DNA from: Octopus bimaculoides
Lineage: Eukaryota
NCBI RefSeq assembly: GCF_001194135.2
Contig: NC_068989.1
Coordinates: 95,553,137-95,617,136 of the forward strand
Length of the DNA: 64,000 bases
Reading direction: 5' to 3'
The notes under the pieces were generated by a model that was not told the origin of the DNA, ran no database searches, and worked only from the letters and a program-made list of their open reading frames with translations. Each line of letters starts with the position of its first letter. Position 1 is the stretch's first letter. The position numbers and the translations under genes were made by a program. Shown here piece after piece: positions 27,191-39,712 of this stretch.

Positions 27191-28299
27191 TGCACACCCA
27201 CCAACTTTCTTTTTCGCAAAGATCATTGTAACTCTTCCCATTCCGTTTCACTTCCTTATTTGCCCCATTTTTTTTGCATTGTGTGTGTGTGTGTGTGTCT
27301 GTGTAAATTTCATATATGCTTAATATATAAATATACACAGACACACACACAGAGCTTTGGTAGGCCCTCATTTCTATGTATTGTATCTCTTTGAACAACA
27401 TCAATACATTTGAGTGACCCTCATCCTGTATCTGAGCGTGCAAGTCTCCAAACTATAACATTCAGCATGACCAGAGTGATAATTGAAGCCAGCAAAAACT
27501 AATCTGCATTGAACAACAGTAGCAGGCAAGGGTGGACTATTTCCATACTCCTCCTTCAACTCTTTGCTGCAGTGATCACCTCATGAGATGTTTTCATCCT
27601 GCATGATGAATCTCATTTACATTGCATATCAGAAAGTCTTTCTTCTTGTCAGCAACATAGGAACCACCACACACTCACACAATAATTGAAACAATCTTTC
27701 TTAGAGTTAATCAGGAGTTGAAATATGTTTGAACATATATCTATTTGCCAAATGAAATTCTGACAAAAAGTAAAAGAATGATTAGGTATGCTATGCTTTT
27801 AAACAGTGTGAATAAAACAGGTTAACAGTGATGATGTACTGTTAGTAGCATGCAGTAAAAGTCTGAGTTAGCATTTAAAAACTGACATAAAGAAATCCTT
27901 AGTGTAGTGACATTTTTGTTTGTGTTGATTGAATATGTATTGAACAAAAGTGCAGTGCTTCTCTTATTCAGCAGTTCTCATGATAGCTAAAAGTATTTCA
28001 ACAAGACAAATACACGTCTTTGAACAAATAGATTTTCAGATATATTTTTTTCCCAATGTTAATAATATAACCAAGTTAATGTACTCTCCACTCTTCAAAG
28101 ATATTCTCTGTTTTAGAAGAAAAGAATAAATGAGAAGGAATAATAGTATTGATCCTGAAACATCTTAGATTCCTGGTTTCTCAGAAACTGAAAATCTGAT
28201 GCATCCATCTCAGTAAAAAAATTTAATAACAATATTACAGATACATCTTAATCTTTACTTCAATTAAGTATAGTATTTTGAAATTAACCTACAATTACT

Positions 28300-28607
28300 A
28301 TGATAGGTTGCCAGTACCGCCTGACTGGCTCCTGTAGGATTTTCGAGCGAGATCGTTGCCAGTGCCCCTGGACTGGCTTGTGCGGGTGGCACATAAAAGA
28401 CACCATTTCGAGCGTGGCCGTTTTCGTGCGGGTGACACGTAAAAGCACCCACTACACTCTCTGAGTGGTTGGCGTTAGGAAGGGCATCCAGCTGTAGAAA
28501 CTCTGCCAAATCAGACTGGAGCCTGGTGTTGCCATCCGGTTTCACCAGTCCTCAGTCAAATCGTCCAACCCATGCTAGCATGGAAAGCGGACGTTAAACG
28601 ATGATGA
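28300..28607 (+). repeat. Young (ATG)n-tailed SINE-like element
   Basis: Ends ...catgctagcatggaaagcggacgttaaacgatgatg. CpG-rich, and by eye identical over about 270 bp to 45522-45791. Confidence 0.9.
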
Positions 28608-29720
28608 ATGGAGCAACTAAATTATTAATTGCCATAGGTAAGTTAGTGTTAACATATCTAGTGTGTGAAATATTGAAAAAGTTAACTAGGAAGAAAGGAG
28701 AGCATTGAGATTAGTCAATTACCAATATCATTTAAACTCTTCTGGCAGATATGGGAAATAACTCCAGGTATGTTTAAGTGTTCTGACCCAATAAAAGCAT
28801 GAGAGAATTGGTAAGTAAATATAGATTGGTAGATTACTTGGCAAAAGAACAAAGAATTTTATGCAAAATGAAAATTCAGGGAAGCCATCTGCATGAAGAA
28901 CAACAAGCAGATTAGTTCTAACTTATTTAATGCATATTTAATGACAACAGTGATTTGGCAGAGTTGCTACAATGAAAGATGGAATGTTTTATGATGCTTA
29001 ATCTGGTTCTCTGCAATCCAAGATCTAGTCTCACCAAAGTACAAGTTGATTGTTTTCTCTCTCTCTGGAACAAGTCAGATGTATGAGACATGCAGAGTGA
29101 TGGGCTCCATCAGGTTTAACATACTTTTGACAGACTATTTATGGCAACACTCTGGAACATATGGTGCATTAAAAAACAAGGTAACTACATATAAATATAG
29201 AGCAAGGTAAAAAATAATATCAATCAAAAACTAATGTTATTTTCATCAGTATACTTTCTTTTTAACAATTACAAGTGGAACAATAGACTGTTACTAAAAT
29301 ACATGGCTTCTATTTGAAATCAATGACCTAGACACGTCAGAATAATCAGAATAAAATGAATAAGTTAGGTGCAAATAATTCATTTACACAAAATAAAGAA
29401 AATAAAAGATGGATTTTATTTCTCATGATTAACTAAATAATAAACTAGTGAAGTGCTTCTTTCAATTTCAGAACTATATGAAGAATGAAATCTCTCAATT
29501 TTTTCAAGCCTATCACTTTAAAGAAGAAATACAAAGAAAAAGTGTAGACGCTTGCCAGAAAATTAATATTTCATCTTACTTTTATGAGAAGCATGTCTAT
29601 GATGAGCATAGAAATAAACAATTTTTTTCAATTTCAAACTATTTATGAATCAACAGAATTTTATAAAGAGAAAAATAAAAACAAGTAACAAACATGACAG
29701 AGATTGAAAAAAAAAAATAC

Positions 29721-29744
29721 CTTTACTTCTGTCACTAATTTAAA
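29721..29744 (-). CDS. Candidate 24-nt micro-exon (FKLVTEVK, phase 0 to 0)
   Basis: Acceptor cattttttgtag, donor AAG|GTATTT; the other two frames contain stops. Confidence 0.4.
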
Positions 29745-32727
29745 CTACAAAAAATGATTCTCTAAAATCTAGTTCAAAATTGTTTTTTATGAAAATAAGG
29801 AGAGACGCACATAAAACTATGAAATTCTTTTTAACAATATCTAGAATTATTTCATAATAAAATATTGAAAATATTTAAAATATTTAGAATTCTTTCTAGA
29901 GAATCTCAGCTGACCCTTGGCATATCATCATACAAAATCTATTCAGAATTTCTTTCATATGCCAAGCAAGTCATATAATTTTTACCATTTTTGTTTACCA
30001 TGAATAAATCATTGAATACGTTTAAGAAAGCTTTTGTTTGCATTTCAAAATACACTTCTTTCACACATGCCAAGTTTGATCTTGTTCAACACTCGCTTCT
30101 CAAACTCTCCACAACTGTAAAGGGTGTCTCTTTCAAACTAAAATATAGATTTCCAGCCAACTCTATGACAAAGGAGAGTTCCTAAAATACTGTTTCATTC
30201 GGTCTCATGAATATTCAAACCTATCCACATTTTACACAAAGAAAAGTAAACTATCTTCACATTGTCATATCAGCCTTACATCAATTTTCTTTAATCAAAA
30301 GTGATATGGCATTTCCAGATCATTCTTGATATTTCCAAAGAAGTATATTATCTCATTCATTTTTCTTCCTTTTTTTTTTTTTTCATTTTAATTCAGAATA
30401 TATTCTTCCTTCACATCATACTATTATTAGATATTTATTACATGCTTCATAGAAATGTTCCATCACTACTTTATCGATTATACCTGTCCAAAATCCTACT
30501 AAAAAAATCATTCTTAAAGGAGATAGGAATCTCCAGTGCTATGTCTTCTTTGTTCTATCATGGAGCCATTTTCATGCAAGTACACTCAATGGAAGTGCTA
30601 AATGTCATGAACCTGTCTTTATCAATTCTTCGAGTTTTGATATTTTCTTTAGACAGTCATAAACTGAAGCATTTTAAGGTGTTCATTATCATGCAATTTG
30701 CACCAGTTTGCAATTGCAATCAGTTTTGAACTGAATTACTTCACAACTTGTTGCAAAAAAAAAAAAAAAATACTTGGACTACGTTCATTTTCTTTGTCAA
30801 AAAACTTTTTATTTTTTAAAGGAATGACTGTTATCAACTGTTCATTTTTTAATCACTTTTGAAGCAATAATTATTTCTTTGTCTAATTTGTAGTTTTTAT
30901 TAACAAAACTGAACAGACTTTTGGAAATTTCATATAACATCCTATAGAATTACATATAACACTTCTGAAGTTAGTCTGCAAAAGATGACAAAATTCAATT
31001 AACTATTAATTAACCTATAAAAGAAGTAGAAATCCAAGTATTTCTGCCTGTATCAATCTACAGCAAGCCACAGAAAATTATAAGTTGATGAGAGAAAATT
31101 CAATATTCCCTAAAAAATTTTAATTTTAGAAATATAAAGTATAAAACAATACAATTAAATAAAAAACTTATTGGAGCTACAATGCAAGTATGCATGTGTG
31201 TATTTGTGCACCGGTACATGTTTCTGAATGTTTATCTATTTCCACTTAGGGATGATAATTGCTTATTTTCTAGAAATATTTACTTCATCAATGACAAAAT
31301 GATTTTAGTTTTAAATTTCTTCTTTCTCTACTTAAAAAAAGAATTGCATTTGTAGTAGTCTATGGTCTGTAGCTAAAATAGTTGAATGATCTATCTTGCA
31401 AGAAGAGTTATAAAGTAATTTCTCTTTAATAAGTTTTTCGAAACATCTACATCATGAGAAGTAATTCTTAATTATTTAAGAAAGTTCGTGTTTCTCTTGG
31501 AAGTTTCTAGAATGTCTAGCATTCCATTAACAAAAACAGCTTGCTTGCCATGGTCTTTGCTTCTTAGTCGACTAGACTCTGAGCCATTTACGTCGTTGCT
31601 ATGCCTGTCTATTTCTCTATATCATATGACTGAAAACCACCACTTAGCTGTTATTTCTGCATTTCTGAACTTCCTTGCATAGATTACTTCATTCAACTAG
31701 ATTCTACATTTTGATTATGTTTCATCAACGGCCAATGAATAAAATATATCTTTATGTAGTAAATATATAATTCTTAAATTTATTCTTCTTCTTTGTAAGA
31801 ATTCTTCTAATAATATACATGCAGCCATTTCAATACTTGATACAGAACATATATTCCTCACTACACATTTGATTAGCAATCCCCTGTAGAATTGAATATC
31901 ATCAGCATTTGTCTTTCTACTTCTATATTGCCTACCTTAAGCTCTCCTTATTGTTCTTCAAATAGAGAAGGATAAATGCAACACATTTTTTTCTGTTTAT
32001 CCTATTTTTTGGAAACCTTTGACACTATTTTCTCAGTATCCTCTCCAGCATATTTTTAAACCTTTTACAGACAACATGATTACTCATATATATATTGTAA
32101 CATTGTAGGCTGTCTAGCTTATTAATAATGTTAATTATATTGGTTTTCTGTTTGTAAGAAAAAAATGATGTAATAATATGAAAAATTATTAGCATTTTAG
32201 CATCTATTAACCATGACAAAAAACAAAAAAGAGAAATAATCAAGGTTGGTATGCTATTAATTAACCCTAGCTACTTAATTACAAGATCCACCAATTGAAC
32301 TAGCTCTGTACAAGAAGATCTTTTTTGAGCATTCTTTATATGACATTGAGACCAACATTAGCATCCATTGATCAGCTCTAAATTCTATTTTTAAAATATT
32401 ACAAATTCTTCTTTTTTTTTTTGATAATTTTACAACACAAACACATTGCAAAAAATAGAATCTTATATAACTGAAAGCTCTGATGAAGATTTTTAGATAT
32501 TGAAATAACCTGTCATATCGTTGTAAAGGTTGGATAAAATATATTAAATATCTTTTCTATTAGATTTGTAACAGCTCAGATTTCTTTTCTGAAAAGAGCC
32601 AGATGCATTACAGATTATCAAAGAATATTTCTATATTGTTTCTTTTTCTTTTTTTTTTTTTGTTAAGTAGCTTCTTTTGTGAATAGATTTTTTTAATTTC
32701 AATTGAAATTTAGATCCCAATATTCAC

Positions 32728-32771
32728 CTGAAATCCCAAGTTTTCCAAGTTCACTTCAGTATTGTTAGCTT
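32728..32771 (-). CDS. Candidate exon (E-ANNTEVNLENLGFQ, phase 1 to 0)
   Basis: Acceptor atcctttgtag, donor CAG|GTGAAT; phase fits the 32.9 kb candidate. Confidence 0.45.
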
Positions 32772-32892
32772 CTACAAAGGATATCTATATCACGTGAATA
32801 GAATTGATAGACAATAATTGAATAGTATTTCCCAAAAGATGGAAGTTCAGTATGGTTTCATTAAGGTACACTTTCTAAAAAAAATTCTCCAC

Positions 32893-32939
32893 CTTCAACA
32901 TTTAACAACACATTTTCAAAATGCTGCTCAGAGCATATC
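32893..32939 (-). CDS. Candidate exon (K-ICSEQHFENVLLNVE, phase 2 to 1)
   Basis: Acceptor aattgcattttcag, donor AG|GTGGAG, single open frame. Confidence 0.45.
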
Positions 32940-34656
32940 CTGAAAATGCAATTATGCAAAAACGAAATACGTCCTCTGAGTACAGTCTGAGAAAGCCATT
33001 TATCATAATTTAAACCTTTCTAACAATGGAAGAAACTATTCAATGGCTATGTTCATCCATCATATTTAAGCAAGGAAAAGTCATGTTGAATCAGTCTTTT
33101 CGTGGTAACCCTTTACTACTACTTTCAAGCTTATTCTCTTTATCTCACGTCTTTAAGGGATTTAATAATTGATCTTTTTGTATTATTCTTAATAAGTTGG
33201 TTTAATGAGGAGTAAGGGGGAGCATCCTTAGTGGTTTCCTGAACTGGAAAATATTGAGACATATCTCAATGGAAATAATGTCCTTCGTGCTCATGGAGGT
33301 TTGAAGTTAAGAGAAAACAGGTTGAAAGAAAATTTCAAATGAATGTAGTTGTGTAGAAGAAGGGTTGGAAAGTATTTATTACATGTAACTTTTACTCAAA
33401 CAGTAAAACAGGCTGTTTTGAAAATGAATTTCAAGATATACTCTATATGTAGTTTGTATTCAGAAGATATTTTGCAAGTGTGATTATTTTAATATATTAC
33501 AAGTATTAAAAAAACACAAAAAAACATATTTTCTTGTATTATGATATTAGAATATTTTTCATATTTAAACATCTAGAGAGATTAATGTCACTAAACGCAA
33601 TTCTCATCTGGTTTATCTTAGTTCTTTTTTTGCAGCCTTGTAAAAGTCAGACTCCATCCAATAATGTTGAACTTAAAGTTTTTGAACAGTTTTGGCAAGT
33701 ATGTACTATATAATATTATACATATTATTTGTAGATATGTACACACAGACATATACATGCAAGCACTGTACACAGGCTTATATATACAATAACAAATTTA
33801 GCAATTATTTGAGAAATCAGTGGCCAATAATTATTTAAAATCATTATTAACAAATATAAAAAAAATTATAACCTTGTAACATTTTTGCCATTTAAATTAT
33901 GTTTTTCTAAGACTTTTGAAATAAATATTGCTTTGTAAAAGTTCTTTAAATATTAGTTTCTATGTATTAGGAAGTAAAAGTAATTACAAGTTGCTTACAA
34001 GTAAGAATATTTTTCTTAATAACTTACACTATAGCACAAATGTTCTGTACTTTCTTTTCAAAATCAATAAAAATATTTAAGAAGTTCATATTATTTAGAA
34101 GGGTCTAGTATTAAGAAAAAGGAAAGTTAATGAAATAGGGATGTTGACAAATATATGAAAACATTGAAAATAAACATTATTATATTTGATGTAGTGAAAT
34201 AAATTTCGAAACCTTATAATATTAAAAAGATTTATTTGATTTAAAATAAATGAAAAATATTTTCTCATATATGAGAAATTAAATGAATTTCAAAATTACT
34301 ATAAAAAGTTATTAAATAACTAAACTTGATATATATTTGTATAGACATATGCAATAACAAGCATTACACATTTCAGAGTCTTTTACCATGAAAAGAAAAT
34401 CAGTCATATTAAAATGTATTTCTCAACAAGAATTTTACTTAATAAGAAATTACATATATATATGTGGAAGTGTCTTTTTATTATAACCATATTTTTCCTG
34501 AGTTTTTAGTTTAGATGGTTAGCCAATAGGCAAGTATTAAAATTGCTTTGATAGAGTAGTATTCCAATAAGAAAACAAACAATTTTCAGGATATAACCAA
34601 TAATTAAAGTTCCATTATAAATAAAATATGTTGTGAAAAAAGAAAGAAGAACCCAC

Positions 34657-34690
34657 TTCCCTAGAGCTAGGTCTGGTACCGAATGCATTT
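34657..34690 (-). CDS. Candidate exon (E-MHSVPDLALG-K, phase 1 to 2)
   Basis: Acceptor tctcaactattttaatag, donor AA|GTGGGT; phase links the 39.6 kb and 32.9 kb candidates. Confidence 0.4.
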
Positions 34691-35917
34691 CTATTAAAAT
34701 AGTTGAGAAAATAGGTTAGAATTTTTAACAAAAAATAAAATCCAAAATGGTTCTTTATTTTCTGTTCACATTTTCTCAATGAAACCACTTCACAATTTCT
34801 TAAGAGAAATAATTTCAAACTGAAAGGCGTACTTGTTCTCATTCAGACCAGAAAAATAATAATAACAACAAAAAGTGTGTCTTCAAATAAAGATAAATAC
34901 TTTATATCTAAAACTTTGCATACATAACTGACACTCAGTCTACGATGTTCAAAATAAAACTGAATAATTAATTGAGAAATAAAAATAATCCCTGAAAAAC
35001 AGTGCAATTGGCCTCTGCAACCGTTGTGATGGAGAAGGAATTATGGTAGCATTTACTATGAAATGAGACTTTTAAAGTTTACTTTAAAATAATATTAAAA
35101 AAGATAAGAACATCATTCTGATTAGAGCAATGCAGAATAGAAGAAGAACCAACAAATTAACTAAGGTAAAAATCCTTTGGATTCTGGTTAATTTGGCTCC
35201 ACAATTAAGCTCTGCTGATCTATCAAGACCCTCATCTTTATACCAATATGATTATATATACTATTAAAAATTAAACAGAATTTCTCAGCATTTGATTAGG
35301 TAATTTCTCTTTTAATCAGATGTCTATATTTAACACTAAGTAATAAAGATTGCTGGAAATCTTCCCAATTAAAATATTATTTGTGAAACTGAAAGAAAAA
35401 AAATGAGGATAGCATTAAATAATGAAGACTGAAAATTACAGCATTAAGCAATTAAAGAAGAAATATTGGTGAAAACCTCCATTGAACTCATGATTTTGTG
35501 GCTACTGTTGCTACTCTTGCTTTCCAATTATTTCTAATTATTTTTATTATAAAAATAATTGGCAGACCTTAAATATTTGGTCACAGTGTTCTGATAATCT
35601 ATTTCAACTGAGTACATCAAACGAAAGCAGACAGAATTTCTAAATTACAACAAAACAATAACCTGAACTATTTGTGAAATTGCCAAAATAAACTGTGAAA
35701 TCAAAGCAAATAGAAAACATTCCTACATATTATTAATGAATTATTAATAAGATTAAAGAAACAACTGGAAAGGCATCAATAATATGAGAAAAAGTCAATA
35801 GCAGAGGTATAATAAGACAGCATATGTTGTCAATGGACATAAAATATTTACATTCAATTAAAATTCTCATCTGTGATAAAAGAGTAGCTATGAACAGCTA
35901 AATTTATATTCAAATGG

Positions 35918-35955
<38 letters not shown>

Positions 35956-36054
35956 TCATCCTCATCATCTTCATCATCATCATCAAGTCTTGGAAAACTT
36001 AGTTGTCCTACAAAGTTTGTAGATGTGTTTAAGAAGTTTCACTAAGAAAGAGTT

Positions 36055-37300
36055 AACCTTAATGGTAAACTTTTTGACATGATAATAATAGACAATGGTG
36101 TGAAACAGGGTGACATAACAGCACCAACACTTTTCTCCATCTATTTCGCAGCTTGTCTGAGCTATGTTTTTGAGAGTTGCAAAGTGGGAGTTTACTTATG
36201 ATTTCAGAGATCTGAAACTTATTAACTTGCATCACTTCCACACTAAATCAAAAACTTTTCAAGACATTACCTGAGAGCTGTTGAATGCAGATGGTGCTGA
36301 TCTTGTTACACACAATGAGGAAGCAGATCATAATGAGTCCTTTTCCTAGGGCTTGTCTATCAGCCTCACAAAAACCAAAGTAATGCTTACTTCTCCAGGT
36401 GAGGCTCATGCTGAGGCAAACAACAATTGAGTGTCATCGATAGGTTTCCATATCTTAAAAATAGTATCAGCAAAGATGGATCCCTTGATGTGGAAATCAA
36501 TCAGAAAATTCAAAATGCCACTTTAGTATTTGGAAAACTAAAGAAAAAGGTACAAGAAGATCAGGGCCTTCATCTAGAAACTAAGTGTATTACTATATGA
36601 ATCTGAGGTGTGGGCAACCTCCAGGCAGCACATAAAACGTGCTTGAAAGGTCTCATGAGACCTATCTTAGACAGATGTTAGGAGTTTAAGCAGACTTCTT
36701 TGACACCAAATTTGGAAATATTGAGGAGAGTCAGTTGTGAAAGCGTTGAGAAGATGACTGTCAACTGTTAAATGCATTGGGCTGGGATGATACCAGGTTG
36801 CCCAAGAGATTGTTTTATGAAAAGCTTTCAAATAAAAAAAATAAGGGGGGGGGGCAAGTCATAAGCCAAAGAAGCAATTCAAAGATGTGGTTTAAAGGAT
36901 GATTTCAAGATTCTGGATATGGACATTAGAAATAGGGGATCCTTACCAATGAATGGAACAGGCAGGTGTAGAATAATCAAAGAAGTTCATGAGAAGTTTG
37001 AGGCAAAGCATATTAAACATGTTGAGCTCAAGGGATCTTTTCAAAAAAGGAGAAAGCAGAGAGAGATTCCAGAAGATTTCAATCTAGAATTTAGATGCAG
37101 CGTGTGCACCAGAATATTTACATTTTAGACCTGATCTTGTTAATCACCAGAAGCTCACATGTAGTAAGAGAGACACAGGCTGACTATGGTGATCACTTGC
37201 TGCAGGGGCCAGGTAACTATGTTTGCCATGTTAGTGGAAAAATTTGTCCTTTGTAAAGTGGTTTGACCAGGCACTGTAATTCTCATCAACAAAATGAGCA
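36055..37300 (+). mobile_element. RTE (BovB-like) LINE, RT to C-terminal zinc finger, heavily decayed
   Basis: NGVKQGDITAPTLFSIYF (RT motif GVKQG..APTLF) near 36100, downstream frameshifted RT/thumb remnants, and a CSVC-type finger (RCSVCTRIF) near 37100. Confidence 0.85.
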
Positions 37301-37427
37301 GGATGGCAATATTTGTTTCCAGTATCATATTTGAGAGAAAACATGCAGCCCTGGGGCTTACATGCCCAGAGCCAGGTACTTATCAATGACCTTTAAAGAG
37401 ATGGCAGTATTCTGAAAAGAAGCAGCA

Positions 37428-37680
37428 GTCATCATCATCATCATCATTTAATGTCCATCTTCTGTGCTGGTATAGTTTGGACGGTTTGACAGGATCTGGC
37501 AAATTAAAGGACTGCACTGTCTGTTTGACATGGTTTTTTTTTTATGATTGGCTGTCCTTCATAACACCAACCACTTTACAGAGTGGACTGAGTGCTTTTT
37601 ATGTGGCACCAGCACTGGCAAGGTCTGTTTTGGCATGGCTTTCATGGATGGATGCTCTTCCTAATGCCAGCTACTTTACA
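37428..37680 (-). repeat. (ATG)n-tailed SINE-like repeat
   Basis: (CAT)n ttaatgtcc...ggtttgacagg...ccaaccactttacagagtggactgagtgcttttta; an opposite-orientation copy lies at about 38965-39140. Confidence 0.75.
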
Positions 37681-39595
37681 CAGCACTAGTACATCAGGAG
37701 CTATGAGAGCTGATTATAGATTTATTTAACAATGTGACAGCCATAGGATTATGGCCACTTCACAACCTTCTTAATGTAGTATTAATTTCAAATAGCCAAG
37801 AAATCCTGTGTACATGTTGGCAGTAATACGTATGTTCAGTGTTGTACAATAGAATTGTATATTCACAAATTAATGTCTATAAAGAAAGCTAGCTCATCAG
37901 ATCACAGGAACATCATGGTTACATGAACAGTTCATCTCTAAATATACAAAGTAAATTCACACTTCATACACACACTGAATGGAAGGCTGGAACTAGTTGA
38001 TTTGGTCAGTGAAAGAGAAGTATGAAGGTCATGACATATTCTGTTGTTATTATTATTATAGACAAAATGATTTTCTTCACTCATGAACACCAGCATCTCA
38101 ATTAAGTTCAAGTGCTAGATGGAAACTGAGGAATTCACCATCCTTAATTTAAACAAGATAACAAGAAGAAAAAACAGACAAGAGATAAAGTAAAAATAAC
38201 ATAAAAGTATAAGCAAATAATATAAAAAGAATTATTTACTAAAAGTAATTATTCGGGTGGGAAAGAGGGGAAGAAAACAACTGGTGAATTGAAGATTTCA
38301 CAGAGTTGATGGATGAATGCATAAAGACAGGGAGGTCAAACTAATATCAAGAAACTGTGTTCAACAGCAATAAACTTTTATACAAAGTGAAAAAGGTCAT
38401 AAAAATATCACATGAAAAGCATTTGAACTCTCAAGAATTGAACTCACACATTAGCTACACCTCAAAACACTTTTCAGCAAATAATCTGGAGTTAACAAAG
38501 TACATACACATACATAGAAACACTTACACAGACACATAAATACAAGCAGATAAATGTAATTATACACACAAACACACAGGTACACACGCACTCACACACA
38601 CATGTATACATCTGTAACTATATAGAAAGTCATAGACAGGTGAGACAACTCACCGCTAATCCCATTCAGGAGTGATGGATATCAATATTTCACCATTTTT
38701 GTGGCTTATCAACATTATGCACTTAAATCAAATTGGGGCCAAACTGAATCACCAGTGTAGGAATGTAAAAGACACATTTACAGGCAGGTACACATTTTTA
38801 AAAGATAAACATAAATATGTACATAGAATGATATAAACACAAAGATGTATGCATATTAATATATTACATACACATATATATAGCTACATACATGAATATA
38901 TATATACACAAACATATACATCCATAGGCATGCACATATAAGCACATATATACAAATTCACATGCTGGTGACACGTACAAGGCTCCCACTACAGTCAGTG
39001 GAGTGGTTGGCATTAGAAAGAGCAACCAGCTGTAGAAATCATGCCAAAACAGACAATTGGAGCCTGGTACGGCTCTTTAGTTTACTAGCTCCTGTCAAAC
39101 CATCCGACCCATGCCAGCATGAAAACAGACACTAAGTGATGATCACACACACACACACACACGAGCATGAGTCTACATACACAGACATATTAGTATATCT
39201 CCTTGCACAGATGCACATTGAGATAAATATGTACATGTGTGCATACACGCACTTATACAAGCACATGCACAAGCGTATGCATGTATACACAAAGCCAATC
39301 ACTAAAGATAAGAACACACACTTCTATTAGGTGAATCTACAAAAGCAAAATTGGGAATATACAATACAAATATATTGTATAATGCTGACCATACATATGA
39401 ATGCTAACATGTCTGCATACTTTCTTGCATACTGAAATGAATACTACATGAAGAAGGTTGTGAAACACATAATCCTATGGAAATCGTGTGGTTAAATAAA
39501 TATATAATCCCCTCTCATATCTCTTCACTTTATATTTTTATATTCTCCTCATAGAATAATCATATTGCTCAGATTTTCTGGATTTCCAAGGATAC

Positions 39596-39712
39596 CGTAC
39601 ATAACACTACTTTGGACTGATAGTTCAGTCCACAAGAGATGCCTACTCTGATAGCCACACGATTGGAAGAAGAGATCTTCTTTAAAAAACTTCAAGTGAT
39701 ATATGTAAGCAT
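39596..39712 (-). CDS. Candidate exon (D-AYIYHLKFFKEDLFFQSCGYQSRHLLWTELSVQSSVMY-E, phase 1 to 1)
   Basis: Acceptor aaattttattcag, donor CG|GTATCC; 117 nt open in exactly one frame. Confidence 0.5.

Noticed and set aside
28264-28545. Duplicated ORF MKPDGNTRLQSDLAEFLQLDALPNANHSES (also at 45491-45730)
   Set aside because: Antisense reading of the young SINE-like repeat, not a gene duplication.
32478-32520. Other CTGATGA occurrences (also near 466, 868, 4008, 4381, 24628, 41151) examined as hammerheads
   Set aside because: They lack a properly placed GAAA box with pairing stems I-III.
38654-38744. Strong minus-strand donor CG|GTGAGT with an upstream acceptor
   Set aside because: All three frames contain stops before the donor; at most a non-coding exon.
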